Positions 1 to 9,515 of a stretch of DNA of 64,000 nucleotides are shown in pieces. Source of the DNA: a virus (lineage: Duplodnaviria; Caudoviricetes). The stretch's first letter is position 1. Every line of letters begins with the position of its first letter. Below the pieces are notes generated by a model that did no database searches, was not told the origin of the DNA, and saw only the letters and a program-made list of their open reading frames with translations. The stretch is from the IMG/VR virus record IMGVR_UViG_3300016478_000063, positions 1-64,000 of that record, one strand, 5' to 3'. Made by a program: the position numbers and the translations under genes.

Positions 1-333
1 CAAGAACTTGAAATTCCAAAACTAAGCTTTGAGGATGCTCTTGACGTGGTTACAGTTGCTACTCACGACAAGACGGATTTCCTACTTCAGGTTCAGAAGT
101 ACATTCTCTCAGGTTGGCGAATTGATCTAAATAGTATTTACTTCGATATTATTGGAACTAAATCTTGTAAACTTGTTCATCCCGAGCATCCAGCAAGTAA
201 GGTGTATTCCAAGGAAGAGCTTGATAATATGGACTACGAAACCCTTAAATATGTTGGCAAGATGCGTAAATGCTTTAATCGGAGTCGTTCAGTGATGCAA
301 GAACAGATTCTACGTTTTCAACAGAGGGATTAA
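1..333 (+). CDS. Hypothetical protein, 5'-partial (frame open from base 1)
   Basis: Frame of ORF 46..333 has no stop back to position 1; TAA at 331-333. Confidence 0.75.
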   Translation, partial: QELEIPKLSFEDALDVVTVATHDKTDFLLQVQKYILSGWRIDLNSIYFDIIGTKSCKLVHPEHPASKVYSKEELDNMDYETLKYVGKMRKCFNRSRSVMQEQILRFQQRD

Positions 334-335
334 AT

Positions 336-620
336 ATGAGACGTTCAATCTTGAAGAATAGCCTTAAAATGCTGTATGCTGATTCTCCAGAAATTCTTGA
401 AATGTTTGAGCTTGTTAGCTTTGATGAGCTGGACTACAAGTTTTATAAAGAGCTGTTCCACCACATTGACGAAAAATTGTTTTATGAAGTTGATGATTAT
501 TTGAACGGAGAAGATGTTAAGTTGTATCAATACGCTGTCAGTAAAGCAGCTATCAGTGTAACAAGGGAGTTGTATGATCTTATTGAATTGGCTTTCACTC
601 CAAAAAACACTAAACATTGA
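336..620 (+). CDS. Hypothetical protein
   Basis: ORF tightly packed between neighbours, AGGGA upstream. Confidence 0.75.
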   Translation: MRRSILKNSLKMLYADSPEILEMFELVSFDELDYKFYKELFHHIDEKLFYEVDDYLNGEDVKLYQYAVSKAAISVTRELYDLIELAFTPKNTKH

Positions 621-637
621 AGAAGGAGATTTAAATA

Positions 638-1414
638 ATGACTAAACGAAACCAGCGCCAAGTAGTTGATGACCGTTGGACTAAAAAAGCTGATCGGGGT
701 CGTGAGATTAACCCTAAATTTGAAGAAGAGCGTGCTGTACGTGTACTGCCATTGCAGGCTAAGAGTGATGCTCAACGGGATGCACTGAAAGCATTTACCG
801 AGAAGCAACTAGTAGTTCTTTCTGGGACTGCCGGGAGTGGAAAATCCGAGTTGATGTGTTGGTGGGCGAGCAAACTTTGGATTGAAGGTGTGATTGATAA
901 TATCGTTATCTGCCGACCACACACAGCTCTTGGTAATGACTATGGTGCGGTAACAGGTAATGATACACTTAAGCTTCTACCATTCTGCATGAGTATGATG
1001 ATGAAGTTCAAGAAATACCTTGGTTACGGTATTCTAAAGAACAACTTCCGAATGGAAGTAACTGAAGGTCTTTTCCAAGAAGCTTCAGGTATCCAAATTG
1101 TACCAATCGAGAAGATACAGGGCCTGTCTTTTAGCAGCAAGACAATTATTTTGGCTGACGAGCTTCAGAACGCCACCGGGGCACAGATTAAAGCCCTTGT
1201 TACTCGGGCTGAAGAGGGGTGCCAACTGATCGGAGCAGGAGACGCAAAACAGAGTGCCTTGAGTGGTGACAACGGTTTGGTTATTCTTGAACGTGCTCTT
1301 AAACTACACCCTCACGAAGACGCACAGGTTATCAAGTTTACACCAAAAGATAACTGTCGCAGCGGTATTTCTGGACACCTTGCTAACATCTTTGAGCAAG
1401 AAGGGGGTTGGTAG
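638..1414 (+). CDS. phoH: PhoH-family ATPase
   Basis: Walker A GTAGSGKS, ILADELQN, GDAKQS motif; AAGGAG RBS. Confidence 0.92.
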   Translation: MTKRNQRQVVDDRWTKKADRGREINPKFEEERAVRVLPLQAKSDAQRDALKAFTEKQLVVLSGTAGSGKSELMCWWASKLWIEGVIDNIVICRPHTALGNDYGAVTGNDTLKLLPFCMSMMMKFKKYLGYGILKNNFRMEVTEGLFQEASGIQIVPIEKIQGLSFSSKTIILADELQNATGAQIKALVTRAEEGCQLIGAGDAKQSALSGDNGLVILERALKLHPHEDAQVIKFTPKDNCRSGISGHLANIFEQEGGW

Positions 1415-1454
1415 TATGATTGGTAAAAGATGTAATTCACACCTATGATAATGA

Positions 1455-2144
1455 ATGAGGACAAGAATGGTCAAACGAAAAGAGTTTCTAATAGTTGAAG
1501 ACTACAAAGAAAATAATTTATGGGTGAAAACCCGTACTGAAACCTTCAGTGATCACTATAAATACAAAGTAACCAGATCCTACCAGCTTTGGAACAGTAT
1601 CAATAAAAGGTGCAATAAAGTTACAGAGGTTAGGAAAAATCGCCCTTGGTATCTCAACAGTAGTAACTTGTTCTCAGATTTCCAGTCGTTTGCTGATTGG
1701 TGTCAACTACAGCATGGTTACAACAGCAAGGATGAGAATGGAAATTTCTGGCAACTGGATAAGGATTTACTGGTATTCGGAAACAAAGACTACTCCCCAG
1801 AAACTTGTCTATTTGTACCAAGTAAAATAAATTCTATCCTGCTCTCAAGCAGTACAATTCGCGGAGAATACCCAATAGGTGTAACATTTAATAGGCGGTC
1901 TGGTAGGTTCGTTGCACAATCAAATGATACATCGTACAAAAGAAAGCACTTGGGATATTTTGATTGTCCACTAGAGGCTCACAGAGCATGGCAAAAGTTT
2001 AAAATGGGGAGACTTCTTGATGAGGCTAAGAACGAGGAGTACGGTATTAGACTTGTTGAGGCTTTGCTTCAAAAGGCTGAAGAAATTAACCAAGACATTA
2101 TAGAGAATAAAGAAACCATCCTCGGAGGTACTTATGAGCGATAA
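1455..2144 (+). CDS. Free-standing HNH-type homing endonuclease (LDKD...YSPETC family)
   Basis: WQLDKDLLVFGNKDYSPETCLFVP followed by YPIGV...HLGYF...AHRAW AP2-like tail; start may be ATG 1467. Confidence 0.85.
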   Translation: MRTRMVKRKEFLIVEDYKENNLWVKTRTETFSDHYKYKVTRSYQLWNSINKRCNKVTEVRKNRPWYLNSSNLFSDFQSFADWCQLQHGYNSKDENGNFWQLDKDLLVFGNKDYSPETCLFVPSKINSILLSSSTIRGEYPIGVTFNRRSGRFVAQSNDTSYKRKHLGYFDCPLEAHRAWQKFKMGRLLDEAKNEEYGIRLVEALLQKAEEINQDIIENKETILGGTYER

Positions 2145-2937
2145 AGAAGATTTGCTATTTCCTGTACAACAGTGTGAAGTTATCCAGTCTAGCTTTACAG
2201 AAACATATAACATGTATGACATTGTTCTAGATGAGAACATCCGAGAACCTGCTTACTACCGCCAAGCATTCCATGTGCTACGGACAGCCAAGGAGGGGGA
2301 TCGGATCAATATGATCCTGAATAACTCGGGTGGGCGGATTGACAGCGCCATCTGTTTCCGTAATCTTATTCAAGAAACTCAAGCAGAAGTTCTTGCTGTC
2401 CTTGAAGGTGAGACTCATTCAGCAGCTTCAATGATCGCCTTGAGTTGTCATGGTGTACACGTAAAGCCATACGCATCTATGATGATCCATCATGCCTCTT
2501 TTGGTTCAGGCGGGACTGTACAGAACGTAATGGATCACGTAAACTTCACTAGTAAGCAGACAGAACGACTAATTCGTGACGTGTATCAACACTTCCTCAG
2601 TGAAAGTGAGCTAGACGAAGTAGTGCGTAATAGGGAAATCTGGTTAACTGATGAGGAAATTGGTGAACGTCTCGATCGAATGTATGAGGCACGAAGAGAA
2701 CAAGAAATGGAATGCTCCTGTGGTGAATGTGGACTTGACAATGAAGAACCTATTGACCTAATGTCTTTAATTGAAGATAAAGTAGCCCAAGGTGTAGAAA
2801 AATCTCTTGACAACCTACTTAAAAAGTACGATATTACACCAAAGCCCAAGAAAGCAGCTAAAGCAAAGGAGCCTAAAGTATCAGAAGCTGTTGTTGAGAA
2901 TGTAAAAGAGTTCAACAAGGGTGATTTTCTAAAGTAG
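2134..2937 (+). CDS. ClpP-like (S14) protease
   Basis: NNSGG oxyanion motif, HSAASMI catalytic Ser, MIHH His motif. Confidence 0.85.
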   Translation: MSDKEDLLFPVQQCEVIQSSFTETYNMYDIVLDENIREPAYYRQAFHVLRTAKEGDRINMILNNSGGRIDSAICFRNLIQETQAEVLAVLEGETHSAASMIALSCHGVHVKPYASMMIHHASFGSGGTVQNVMDHVNFTSKQTERLIRDVYQHFLSESELDEVVRNREIWLTDEEIGERLDRMYEARREQEMECSCGECGLDNEEPIDLMSLIEDKVAQGVEKSLDNLLKKYDITPKPKKAAKAKEPKVSEAVVENVKEFNKGDFLK

Positions 2938-2941
2938 GTGG

Positions 2942-2970
2942 TTGACAACGATATGTGGGGTGCTTATACT
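2942..2970 (+). promoter_or_regulatory. sigma70-like promoter
   Basis: TTGACA-17-TATACT; -10 flanked by an imperfect inverted repeat (2954-2960/2974-2980). Confidence 0.8.
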
Positions 2971-2999
2971 AGGCTCCACATTTAAACAAAGGAGTATTT

Positions 3000-3299
3000 A
3001 TGAAACTTAAAGAGCAAGTGTCGTTGAAAAAGTTTATCCGTATTCAACAACACCCTAAAGCAATGATTGCAAAAGCTTGTTATCGTAATCCACGCGAATA
3101 CTGGGAGTTCTTGGAAGCTCAAGAAGCCTATGTGGTAGGAGATGACCTTTACTGTAAAGTGCTATGTAAAAAACCAAAACAATCCACTGGTGCTTATGTT
3201 CAAGAGCAATTCACCTATGTTCGATACCGTGTTGCAGAAGGTGTTGCAAGAAAAGATGATGTGATGTATTATGCCGTAAGTAAAGTAAATATTTTCTAA
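3000..3299 (+). CDS. Hypothetical protein
   Basis: AAGGAG RBS, downstream of promoter. Confidence 0.8.
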   Translation: MKLKEQVSLKKFIRIQQHPKAMIAKACYRNPREYWEFLEAQEAYVVGDDLYCKVLCKKPKQSTGAYVQEQFTYVRYRVAEGVARKDDVMYYAVSKVNIF

Positions 3300-3309
3300 G
3301 GAGTTTTTG

Positions 3310-3453
3310 ATGCAAGAATCCTACATTGTATATTCTGTCCAATCTACAGAATACGATTTTGATGAAATGTGGAATAAACAAGAAGCATTTGCAGAAAGTG
3401 AACTTGGAGATAACACGTACTGGGCAATTAGACAGGAGCTGGAGGATGACTAA
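3310..3453 (+). CDS. Small acidic hypothetical protein (47 aa, not in ORF track)
   Basis: AAGGAG RBS, ATG 3310, MQESYIVYSVQ...ELEDD; overlaps next start. Confidence 0.6.
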   Translation: MQESYIVYSVQSTEYDFDEMWNKQEAFAESELGDNTYWAIRQELEDD

Positions 3454-3742
3454 ACCAATTAAAACTACTCTGGTTAAAGAGTCTGAGATTGAAGTGTGGG
3501 ATCAGGAGTCTGAAAGTTTTATTCTCAACCAACCAAGTAAGTTTTATGTAACACTGGCTACAGGAGATTTACTTTTCATTCACACTCGTGATAGGCTTGC
3601 TGCACAGCAGCATGTTGACTCGTTGTACGGAAAGGGGTTTTACACAGTGAAGCAATGCAAGCAAGGGAGTGGTAGTGGGGAATATACAGCGTCAGGCTCT
3701 ACGACTAGGAAATGCGTTGGAAGCTGGTTGAAGAGGAGCTAG
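3446..3742 (+). CDS. Hypothetical protein (start moved to ATG 3446)
   Basis: GGAGG RBS directly before ATG 3446, in frame with ORF 3326..3742. Confidence 0.7.
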   Translation: MTKPIKTTLVKESEIEVWDQESESFILNQPSKFYVTLATGDLLFIHTRDRLAAQQHVDSLYGKGFYTVKQCKQGSGSGEYTASGSTTRKCVGSWLKRS

Positions 3743-3750
3743 GAGGAATT

Positions 3751-4200
3751 ATGAATTACCGAGTAAAAAAGATTTATGATACATTTCGTTATGACATTCC
3801 ACGATTCCTAAAGAATCTGGTTGTCTACCGTAAAGTGCTATGGAATACTTATAACTTCGATTACTCTGGCAGTTTGTATTTCATGAGGGAGCACTTCAAA
3901 CAACTGGAGAAGTCTATTCGCTACGGGCATCATCTCCATGGAGATAAGACAGCAGATAAAGTGAAAGTTTGTATTCTATTGCTGGATAGAATCTTAGATA
4001 GTAGCGAGCAATATACTCTAAGCGAACTTGATATTGACTTCTCTGATAACCGTATTACTATCAAACATGAACCAAAGAACACTGAACATCCACGACACGG
4101 CACCAAGACATACTGGGAAGTGACTAAGAACAAAGAAAGACAAGATTGGGAGTTGCTGATGAAAATGCTGAATAAACATATGCGTGGGTTTTGGGATTAA
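3751..4200 (+). CDS. Hypothetical protein
   Basis: AGGAGG RBS before ATG 3751, in frame with ORF 3712..4200. Confidence 0.75.
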   Translation: MNYRVKKIYDTFRYDIPRFLKNLVVYRKVLWNTYNFDYSGSLYFMREHFKQLEKSIRYGHHLHGDKTADKVKVCILLLDRILDSSEQYTLSELDIDFSDNRITIKHEPKNTEHPRHGTKTYWEVTKNKERQDWELLMKMLNKHMRGFWD

Positions 4201-4227
4201 GATGAAACAGAAGTTAGGGAGAAAAGT

Positions 4228-4830
4228 TTGAAGACAGATATACATGTAGAATTTGATTTACATCTTCTTAATGAATTGTTTTATGTAAATCAAAACAGCA
4301 AGACAGGTTTATCTTATACCAAAGACAGGTATTCCGGAAACGGAAGATTAATGGCAAAGAAGGGTTCTGATGCTGGGGGCAGTTTACCTAGTAAATCCCA
4401 CGGATATTATGTGGTAAACGTAAATGGAAAACCGAGGTTAGTTCATAGAATAATTTATACCATGATCTATGGCCAGATTCCAAAAGGAGTGTTTGTAGAT
4501 CATATAAATGGTAACAGGACAGATAACACCTTATCTAACCTAAGGCTTGTAGATAGAAAAACAAACCAAAGAAACAGAAAGATGTCTTCAAATAACACAA
4601 CTGGTTTTGTTGGGGTATCTAGAGTTAATAGGAAGTCTTCCCCGTATTACTGTGCTCAGTGGACAAATGAGTACGGAGATGTTGAAACGAAAGTATTTAC
4701 AATTACGAAATACGGAGAGGATGAGGCACTTAGGCTTGCCATTGAGTTCCGTAAGTCAAAAATTATGGAAATGAACATTTTAGGCGAAAATTATACCGAG
4801 CGCCATTTCTTAGGAGAAATTCAAAATTAA
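4228..4830 (+). CDS. HNH homing endonuclease with AP2-like C-terminus
   Basis: LVHRIIY...VDHINGNRTDNTLSNLR HNH motif; NNTTGFVGV and KYGEDEALRLAIEFR AP2-like motifs. Confidence 0.9.
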   Translation: MKTDIHVEFDLHLLNELFYVNQNSKTGLSYTKDRYSGNGRLMAKKGSDAGGSLPSKSHGYYVVNVNGKPRLVHRIIYTMIYGQIPKGVFVDHINGNRTDNTLSNLRLVDRKTNQRNRKMSSNNTTGFVGVSRVNRKSSPYYCAQWTNEYGDVETKVFTITKYGEDEALRLAIEFRKSKIMEMNILGENYTERHFLGEIQN

Positions 4831-4852
4831 ATCTAAATATCTAGAAGCCTTC

Positions 4853-5239
4853 ATGAAAATGACGGAGGTTTTTGCGGAGACTTCAGAGGCTCAGAGATTG
4901 AAAGTTGGTGCCTGTTTGATCAAAAATGGGAATCCAATCGCATTTGGTGTAAATGGTACTATCCCAGGATGGGAAACAAACAAATGTGAAGATGAACACG
5001 GAAACACCAAATCTGATGTTGTCCTTCATGCAGAAATCCAAGCTTTAAACAAGCTCAGGAAGATTAATGAGTCGTCAGTTGGTGCAACATTACTTGTGAC
5101 ACATTCGTGCTGTTTGAGATGTGCTCATGAAGTGGTGGATTCTGGTATCACTTCCGTATATTATAGACATGACTACCGCTGTTCAGAAGGGATTGAGCAT
5201 CTAAAGAAGAGTGGTGTGAAAGTGTATAAACTGGATTAG
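4853..5239 (+). CDS. dcd: dCMP deaminase
   Basis: HAEIQAL and SCCLRC zinc motifs, KVGACLIK, FGVNG; true start may lie upstream (see findings). Confidence 0.88.
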   Translation: MKMTEVFAETSEAQRLKVGACLIKNGNPIAFGVNGTIPGWETNKCEDEHGNTKSDVVLHAEIQALNKLRKINESSVGATLLVTHSCCLRCAHEVVDSGITSVYYRHDYRCSEGIEHLKKSGVKVYKLD

Positions 5240-5309
5240 TTTACAAAATGCAAGAAACAGTCACTATTAGTGAGTCATTTAAGTAAAAGATAAACTGTAA
5301 GGGGGTGAA

Positions 5310-6413
5310 ATGATTTTTCCAACACTATACGGTAAAGATAGTTCAGGTGGATTGAAGCTTTGGGAGGTATTTACACAAAACGATGTAATTGTTGTACGCC
5401 ACGGAAAACTTGGTGGTAAAATTCAAGAAAAACGGACAACTGCTATTCCTATGAATGTTGGACGTAGTAATGCCACTACAGCATCAGAGCAAGCTGACAC
5501 AGAAGCTCTTGCCAAGTGGACAAAACAGAAAAAGAAAGGTTACTTTGAAGATAAAGAGGAGGCTCTTGGTTTTGTAACACGTACACCAATGAAGGCTCAA
5601 AACTTTAACGACTATGCTCACAAAGTGAAGTATCCTTGTTACATCCAACCTAAACTCAATGGTCAACGTATGATGATTGATTCAGAGGGTAATTGCCAGA
5701 GTAAGCAAGGTGAGAGTATTAAGCTTCCTGAACACTGGAAGGAAGATATTAAGAAACTTGTTGCAAGTGGTGTGATGAAAGATGGTATTGATGGTGAAAT
5801 CTTCGCAGGTCATGTAAAACAAGGCGGTCTAAGTCTACAACAGATTATCAGTGCTTTCCGTAAACCAAATGAGAACACTCATCGTCTTTTCTTTGCTATG
5901 TACGACACTTGTAGTGATAGTATACAAGAAGAACGATTTGCTGATATGCAAAACATTCAGAGGCTGGAACTTGCAAGTGTTGTGGCTGTGCCTACTATAT
6001 TAGTCTATAATGAATGTGAAGCTGATATTTGGTATACTAAGTGGCTTGAGCAAGGTGCTGAAGGCATGGTCTACCGCAACCTTACTGGTAAATATGACTA
6101 TGGTAAGCGTAGTTACAACCTAATTAAACGTAAACCTCGTCTTGATGCTGAAGCTAAAGTAATAGATTGTATACCGGACAAGAACAACGCAGGTCTACTG
6201 TCTTGTGTACTACAAAACGGTGTTCACTTTAAGTGTCTCATGCGTGTTGATAGTCACCCTGATATTGATTACCGCAAGTTTGACAACGCAAATACACTTG
6301 TAGGTACGTTCATCACGTTTGAATATGAAGAGCTTAGTGATGATGGTGTTCCAACCAAGCCTGTAGGTGTAGGATTGCGTAAAATGAACTCAAACTGGGA
6401 ACCACTAGAATAG
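5310..6413 (+). CDS. lig: ATP-dependent DNA ligase
   Basis: Motif I QPKLNGQR, DGEI, GAEGMVYR, LIKRK; OB-fold tail FEYEELSDDGVP. Confidence 0.9.
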   Translation: MIFPTLYGKDSSGGLKLWEVFTQNDVIVVRHGKLGGKIQEKRTTAIPMNVGRSNATTASEQADTEALAKWTKQKKKGYFEDKEEALGFVTRTPMKAQNFNDYAHKVKYPCYIQPKLNGQRMMIDSEGNCQSKQGESIKLPEHWKEDIKKLVASGVMKDGIDGEIFAGHVKQGGLSLQQIISAFRKPNENTHRLFFAMYDTCSDSIQEERFADMQNIQRLELASVVAVPTILVYNECEADIWYTKWLEQGAEGMVYRNLTGKYDYGKRSYNLIKRKPRLDAEAKVIDCIPDKNNAGLLSCVLQNGVHFKCLMRVDSHPDIDYRKFDNANTLVGTFITFEYEELSDDGVPTKPVGVGLRKMNSNWEPLE

Positions 6414-6421
6414 GAGGAGTC

Positions 6422-6838
6422 ATGACAGCAAATCCCACTCTCGTTAAACTGCGAGGAATTGACGAAGAATCTGTAAGACAAATCAATCTTTTACATGAGA
6501 AGCTGGATAAACTTATGTCTCGTGCAAATCTTGGTGTATACAGTCAATCCGTTTATGACGAAATTGAGAAAATAGAAGAACAGATTCAATTTCTCTGGAA
6601 ATTTGGGATTGATAAGTCCATGCACAAGCACAAACATTTATACAAATTTCGTTGTCATTGGATTGGGAAGAAATTCCAATGTAAAACAACAGGAGAGATA
6701 TTCACAATTCCAGAAAATGTTAAAGAACGTGATTTCTTTCGCGTGGGTGAAGGGTTTGTTGATACAGGAGTTCTTGACGGATACTCACGATTCTCTAACG
6801 TAATAGAAATTAGCAATGGAAACATTGCCCTTGATTGA
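6422..6838 (+). CDS. Hypothetical protein
   Basis: AGGAGG RBS, operon packing. Confidence 0.8.
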   Translation: MTANPTLVKLRGIDEESVRQINLLHEKLDKLMSRANLGVYSQSVYDEIEKIEEQIQFLWKFGIDKSMHKHKHLYKFRCHWIGKKFQCKTTGEIFTIPENVKERDFFRVGEGFVDTGVLDGYSRFSNVIEISNGNIALD

Positions 6839-6921
6839 AATATTTATAAGCCACTACTCTTGCATGGGTGGTGGCTTTTGTTGTTTAATAGGCTTACGTT
6901 TTTAATTAAGAGGAGAACTAG

Positions 6922-7293
6922 ATGGGAGACATTCAAAACACAGCACGCATACAGATTCAAAGCGTTATCAATTTCCTTCAAGAACTCGGATACTCATTCT
7001 ATCCGAATGAGAAGGTATTTGAGAGCGTATCTTACGAAACTAATAATGCTCGCAAGGTGGTTAGCTTCAATACTGCCATTCGTCTGCACAATGGTGGTTT
7101 TACGGAATGCCATGGTAAATATTTTAACCCACCGTTTGATAACATTCCTGTAGAGTGGTTTGCTGCTGCCCATAAGGCTAAGATTGTCCATACTGCAAAG
7201 CTACAGCACAGCAAGAAACATAATGCTATCATTGTTCAAAATCAGATGGTTAAGTTCGTGGAACCTGAAAACGTATCACTGTTTATCAAATGA
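6922..7293 (+). CDS. Hypothetical protein
   Basis: GAGGAG RBS. Confidence 0.8.
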   Translation: MGDIQNTARIQIQSVINFLQELGYSFYPNEKVFESVSYETNNARKVVSFNTAIRLHNGGFTECHGKYFNPPFDNIPVEWFAAAHKAKIVHTAKLQHSKKHNAIIVQNQMVKFVEPENVSLFIK

Positions 7294-7308
7294 TAGAAAA
7301 CCTTTATA

Positions 7309-7340
7309 AGGGATTCTCTGGACAAAGGAGTCCCTTTCTT
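7309..7340 (+). terminator. Rho-independent terminator overlapping a promoter
   Basis: AGGGATTC/GAGTCCCT stem plus TTTCTT; overlaps TGGACA-17-TATTCT (7319-7347). Confidence 0.65.
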
Positions 7341-7376
7341 GTATTCTGAGTTTACTAATTTGAACTAGGGGGCTGT

Positions 7377-7703
7377 GTGAAAAAGATTAAAGTCTGGAGG
7401 ATCGAGGACTCTGAGGGGAACGGGCCTTATCGGAGTAAGTATAGAGAGTTTAGCAGACCACTTATGGGTTATTGTGAAGCTCCGTATATGTATGCACTCA
7501 CTGAAGAACGATCTTTTAATGAAAGACGTTTTAAAAGTATGTGTAAGAAGGGTTGGAGATTCGCGTGGGTCAGTGAAGAATTGGCAACCACTCACTGTAA
7601 TCAGAATCTTGACAAACTCAAGGAACTTGGTTTTACCCTGCACTGGAAACTGGTTGACCGTTACAGAATTTTTCCTGATGGTCAAGTAATGTATTTTGAA
7701 TAG
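7377..7703 (+). CDS. Hypothetical protein
   Basis: GTG start after GGGGG; VWRIEDSEGNGPY N-terminus. Confidence 0.7.
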   Translation: MKKIKVWRIEDSEGNGPYRSKYREFSRPLMGYCEAPYMYALTEERSFNERRFKSMCKKGWRFAWVSEELATTHCNQNLDKLKELGFTLHWKLVDRYRIFPDGQVMYFE

Positions 7704-7711
7704 GAGGATTT

Positions 7712-7948
7712 ATGGAAAAAGGCAAACTAACTTGGTCTGAATTTATGACCAAAGTAGAACAATACGCTCGTTATCTGTGTGAGCGAAAGGGTGAAGACCC
7801 TGATTCTTACTATGAAGAATTTAATCGTGAAGCTGCTATATGGGGACAACCGGACGAATATGTATTCCCAAAAGTGTACGCTTGGAAAGAATATGAAGAC
7901 GAAGCATATGTAGCTGTTGCATTTTTCTTTGGAGAGCCAAGTGAATGA
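7712..7948 (+). CDS. Hypothetical protein
   Basis: AGGAGG RBS; ATGA overlap with next gene. Confidence 0.75.
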   Translation: MEKGKLTWSEFMTKVEQYARYLCERKGEDPDSYYEEFNREAAIWGQPDEYVFPKVYAWKEYEDEAYVAVAFFFGEPSE

Positions 7949-8289
7949 GCTATTGCAGATGGTCGTCAGATGATTTCAAATGTGATATTTATTGTTATGA
8001 AAGTGAGACTGGTTATGAAGTACGTGTTGCCACTAAACGTGTTGTAGGGAATATTCCAGCAATTGACTGGAGCAGTCATGAGGCAATGTTTAAAACCTAC
8101 AAAGAACAGATGGAGTTTTTAGAAACAACAGAAAGACAAGATATTGGATTGCCCTATGATGGAAAATCTTTTTCTTTTTCTGAAGCAGGAGAGGCTGCTA
8201 CACTGCTTGAACACCTAAAAGGTCTAGGATACAATGTACCTCAATATGCAATTGATGCCTTGTGGGAGGATAATAATGAAAAAGATTAG
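7945..8289 (+). CDS. Hypothetical protein (MSYCRWSSD family)
   Basis: ATGA coupling to upstream gene. Confidence 0.75.
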   Translation: MSYCRWSSDDFKCDIYCYESETGYEVRVATKRVVGNIPAIDWSSHEAMFKTYKEQMEFLETTERQDIGLPYDGKSFSFSEAGEAATLLEHLKGLGYNVPQYAIDALWEDNNEKD

Positions 8290-8397
8290 AATTGTACCAT
8301 ACCGAGGGAAATATCTTGTTATGTACGGTAAAGAATGCTTGAGTGGGCCTTGGAATACAGATAAAGAAGCTGTAGCAGCTAAACAGGAGTGGATCGT

Positions 8398-8928
8398 ATG
8401 AGTCTTGTAGAAAAAGCATATATCTTTGCAATGGCAGCTCACGCTGCTGTAGGACAAAAACGTAAATATACAGGAGAAGATTATATAGTCCATCCTGTAG
8501 AAGTGTGCAATCTTATCGAGAAGAGTACGATTGTTAACGATGAAATGCGGGCAGCAGCTTTGCTTCATGATGTTGTAGAGGATACTCAAGTATCCATTGA
8601 ATTGATTAAGAGAGAATTTGGTAAATGTGTAGCAACTCTCGTTGAAGGGCTTACTGATGTTAGCAAAGCAGAGGACGGAAATCGTGCAAAGCGTAAAGAG
8701 ATTGACAGACAGCATATAGCGAAGCAATCTGCTGCTTGTAAGACAATCAAGCTGACTGATCTAATCAGTAACAGCAGAAGCATCTTGCAACATGACAAAG
8801 ATTTTGCTAAGGTGTACCTGAAAGAGAAGAAAGCTTTGCTTGAAGTGCTAAAAGAAGGAGATTCTTGTCTGTGGCTGCAAGCTAATCAAATTGTTGAGCA
8901 AGGATTAAAGGAGATTGAGAATGACTAA
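8398..8928 (+). CDS. HD-domain hydrolase, RelA/SpoT-hydrolase (SAH/Mesh1)-like
   Basis: AAHAAVGQKRK..GEDYIVHP, AALLHDVVEDT, IKLTDLISN motifs; AGGAG RBS. Confidence 0.85.
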   Translation: MSLVEKAYIFAMAAHAAVGQKRKYTGEDYIVHPVEVCNLIEKSTIVNDEMRAAALLHDVVEDTQVSIELIKREFGKCVATLVEGLTDVSKAEDGNRAKRKEIDRQHIAKQSAACKTIKLTDLISNSRSILQHDKDFAKVYLKEKKALLEVLKEGDSCLWLQANQIVEQGLKEIEND

Positions 8929-9148
8929 TCAAATTGAAAACGAAAACAAAGATGGATTTGATGAACAAATCCTCATCGGACAAGTGGATATTCCTAATCG
9001 TAGAGTACATATCTTCCGATCTATGCAAGCAATGACAGATTTTATGAATACATTTAAGCTTTCCAGTGGTCAATGGCGTACAGGGACTACATCTGACGGT
9101 GTGTGGGCTGTAGAACTCGTGTATGATGTTGCTAAGGAGAATATGTGA
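8921..9148 (+). CDS. Hypothetical protein
   Basis: AAGGAG RBS, overlaps upstream stop. Confidence 0.65.
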   Translation: MTNQIENENKDGFDEQILIGQVDIPNRRVHIFRSMQAMTDFMNTFKLSSGQWRTGTTSDGVWAVELVYDVAKENM

Positions 9149-9309
9149 TGGATAAATTTAAAGAAGACATTCTAAAAGAATACCTCAAGTGGGTAGATGA
9201 AGTGACAGAAGACTGTGACTGGAAGACCCATTTCACCCCGGAAGAGATTGTCAGTAAAGTGGTGGATATTGTTCTAGATAAGCTTAATATAGAGGAAGAT
9301 AACGAATGA
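9148..9309 (+). CDS. Small hypothetical protein (53 aa, not in ORF track)
   Basis: TGATG overlap; MDKFKEDILKEYLKWVDEV...; ATGA overlap with 9306. Confidence 0.6.
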   Translation: MDKFKEDILKEYLKWVDEVTEDCDWKTHFTPEEIVSKVVDIVLDKLNIEEDNE

Positions 9310-9515
9310 ATAAGATCACTTGCTGGGAATGTTCAAGAGAGTCTGGTAATCACAAAATGGGTTGCGGTAGTAAGAGTCGTGTCGATGATCTACAATGGCT
9401 TATGGATTCCCTGCACAATGTTCCACAAGACGTATTGGACTACGTTTCACACAGGATTTATGTAGAATCGTTAGAGCGCAAACTAAATTTTGATGAGGAG
9501 AATACAAATGACTAA
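9306..9515 (+). CDS. Hypothetical protein
   Basis: ATGA overlap, operon packing. Confidence 0.65.
   Translation: MNKITCWECSRESGNHKMGCGSKSRVDDLQWLMDSLHNVPQDVLDYVSHRIYVESLERKLNFDEENTND

Noticed and set aside
1416-1448. Mini-ORF MIGKRCNSHL as a stranded gene end before the first HNH
   Set aside because: No resemblance to the ClpP N-terminus or PhoH C-terminus; too short to support.
638-2937. PhoH and ClpP as novel auxiliary genes
   Set aside because: Both are common in lytic myoviruses; nothing unusual in the sequence.
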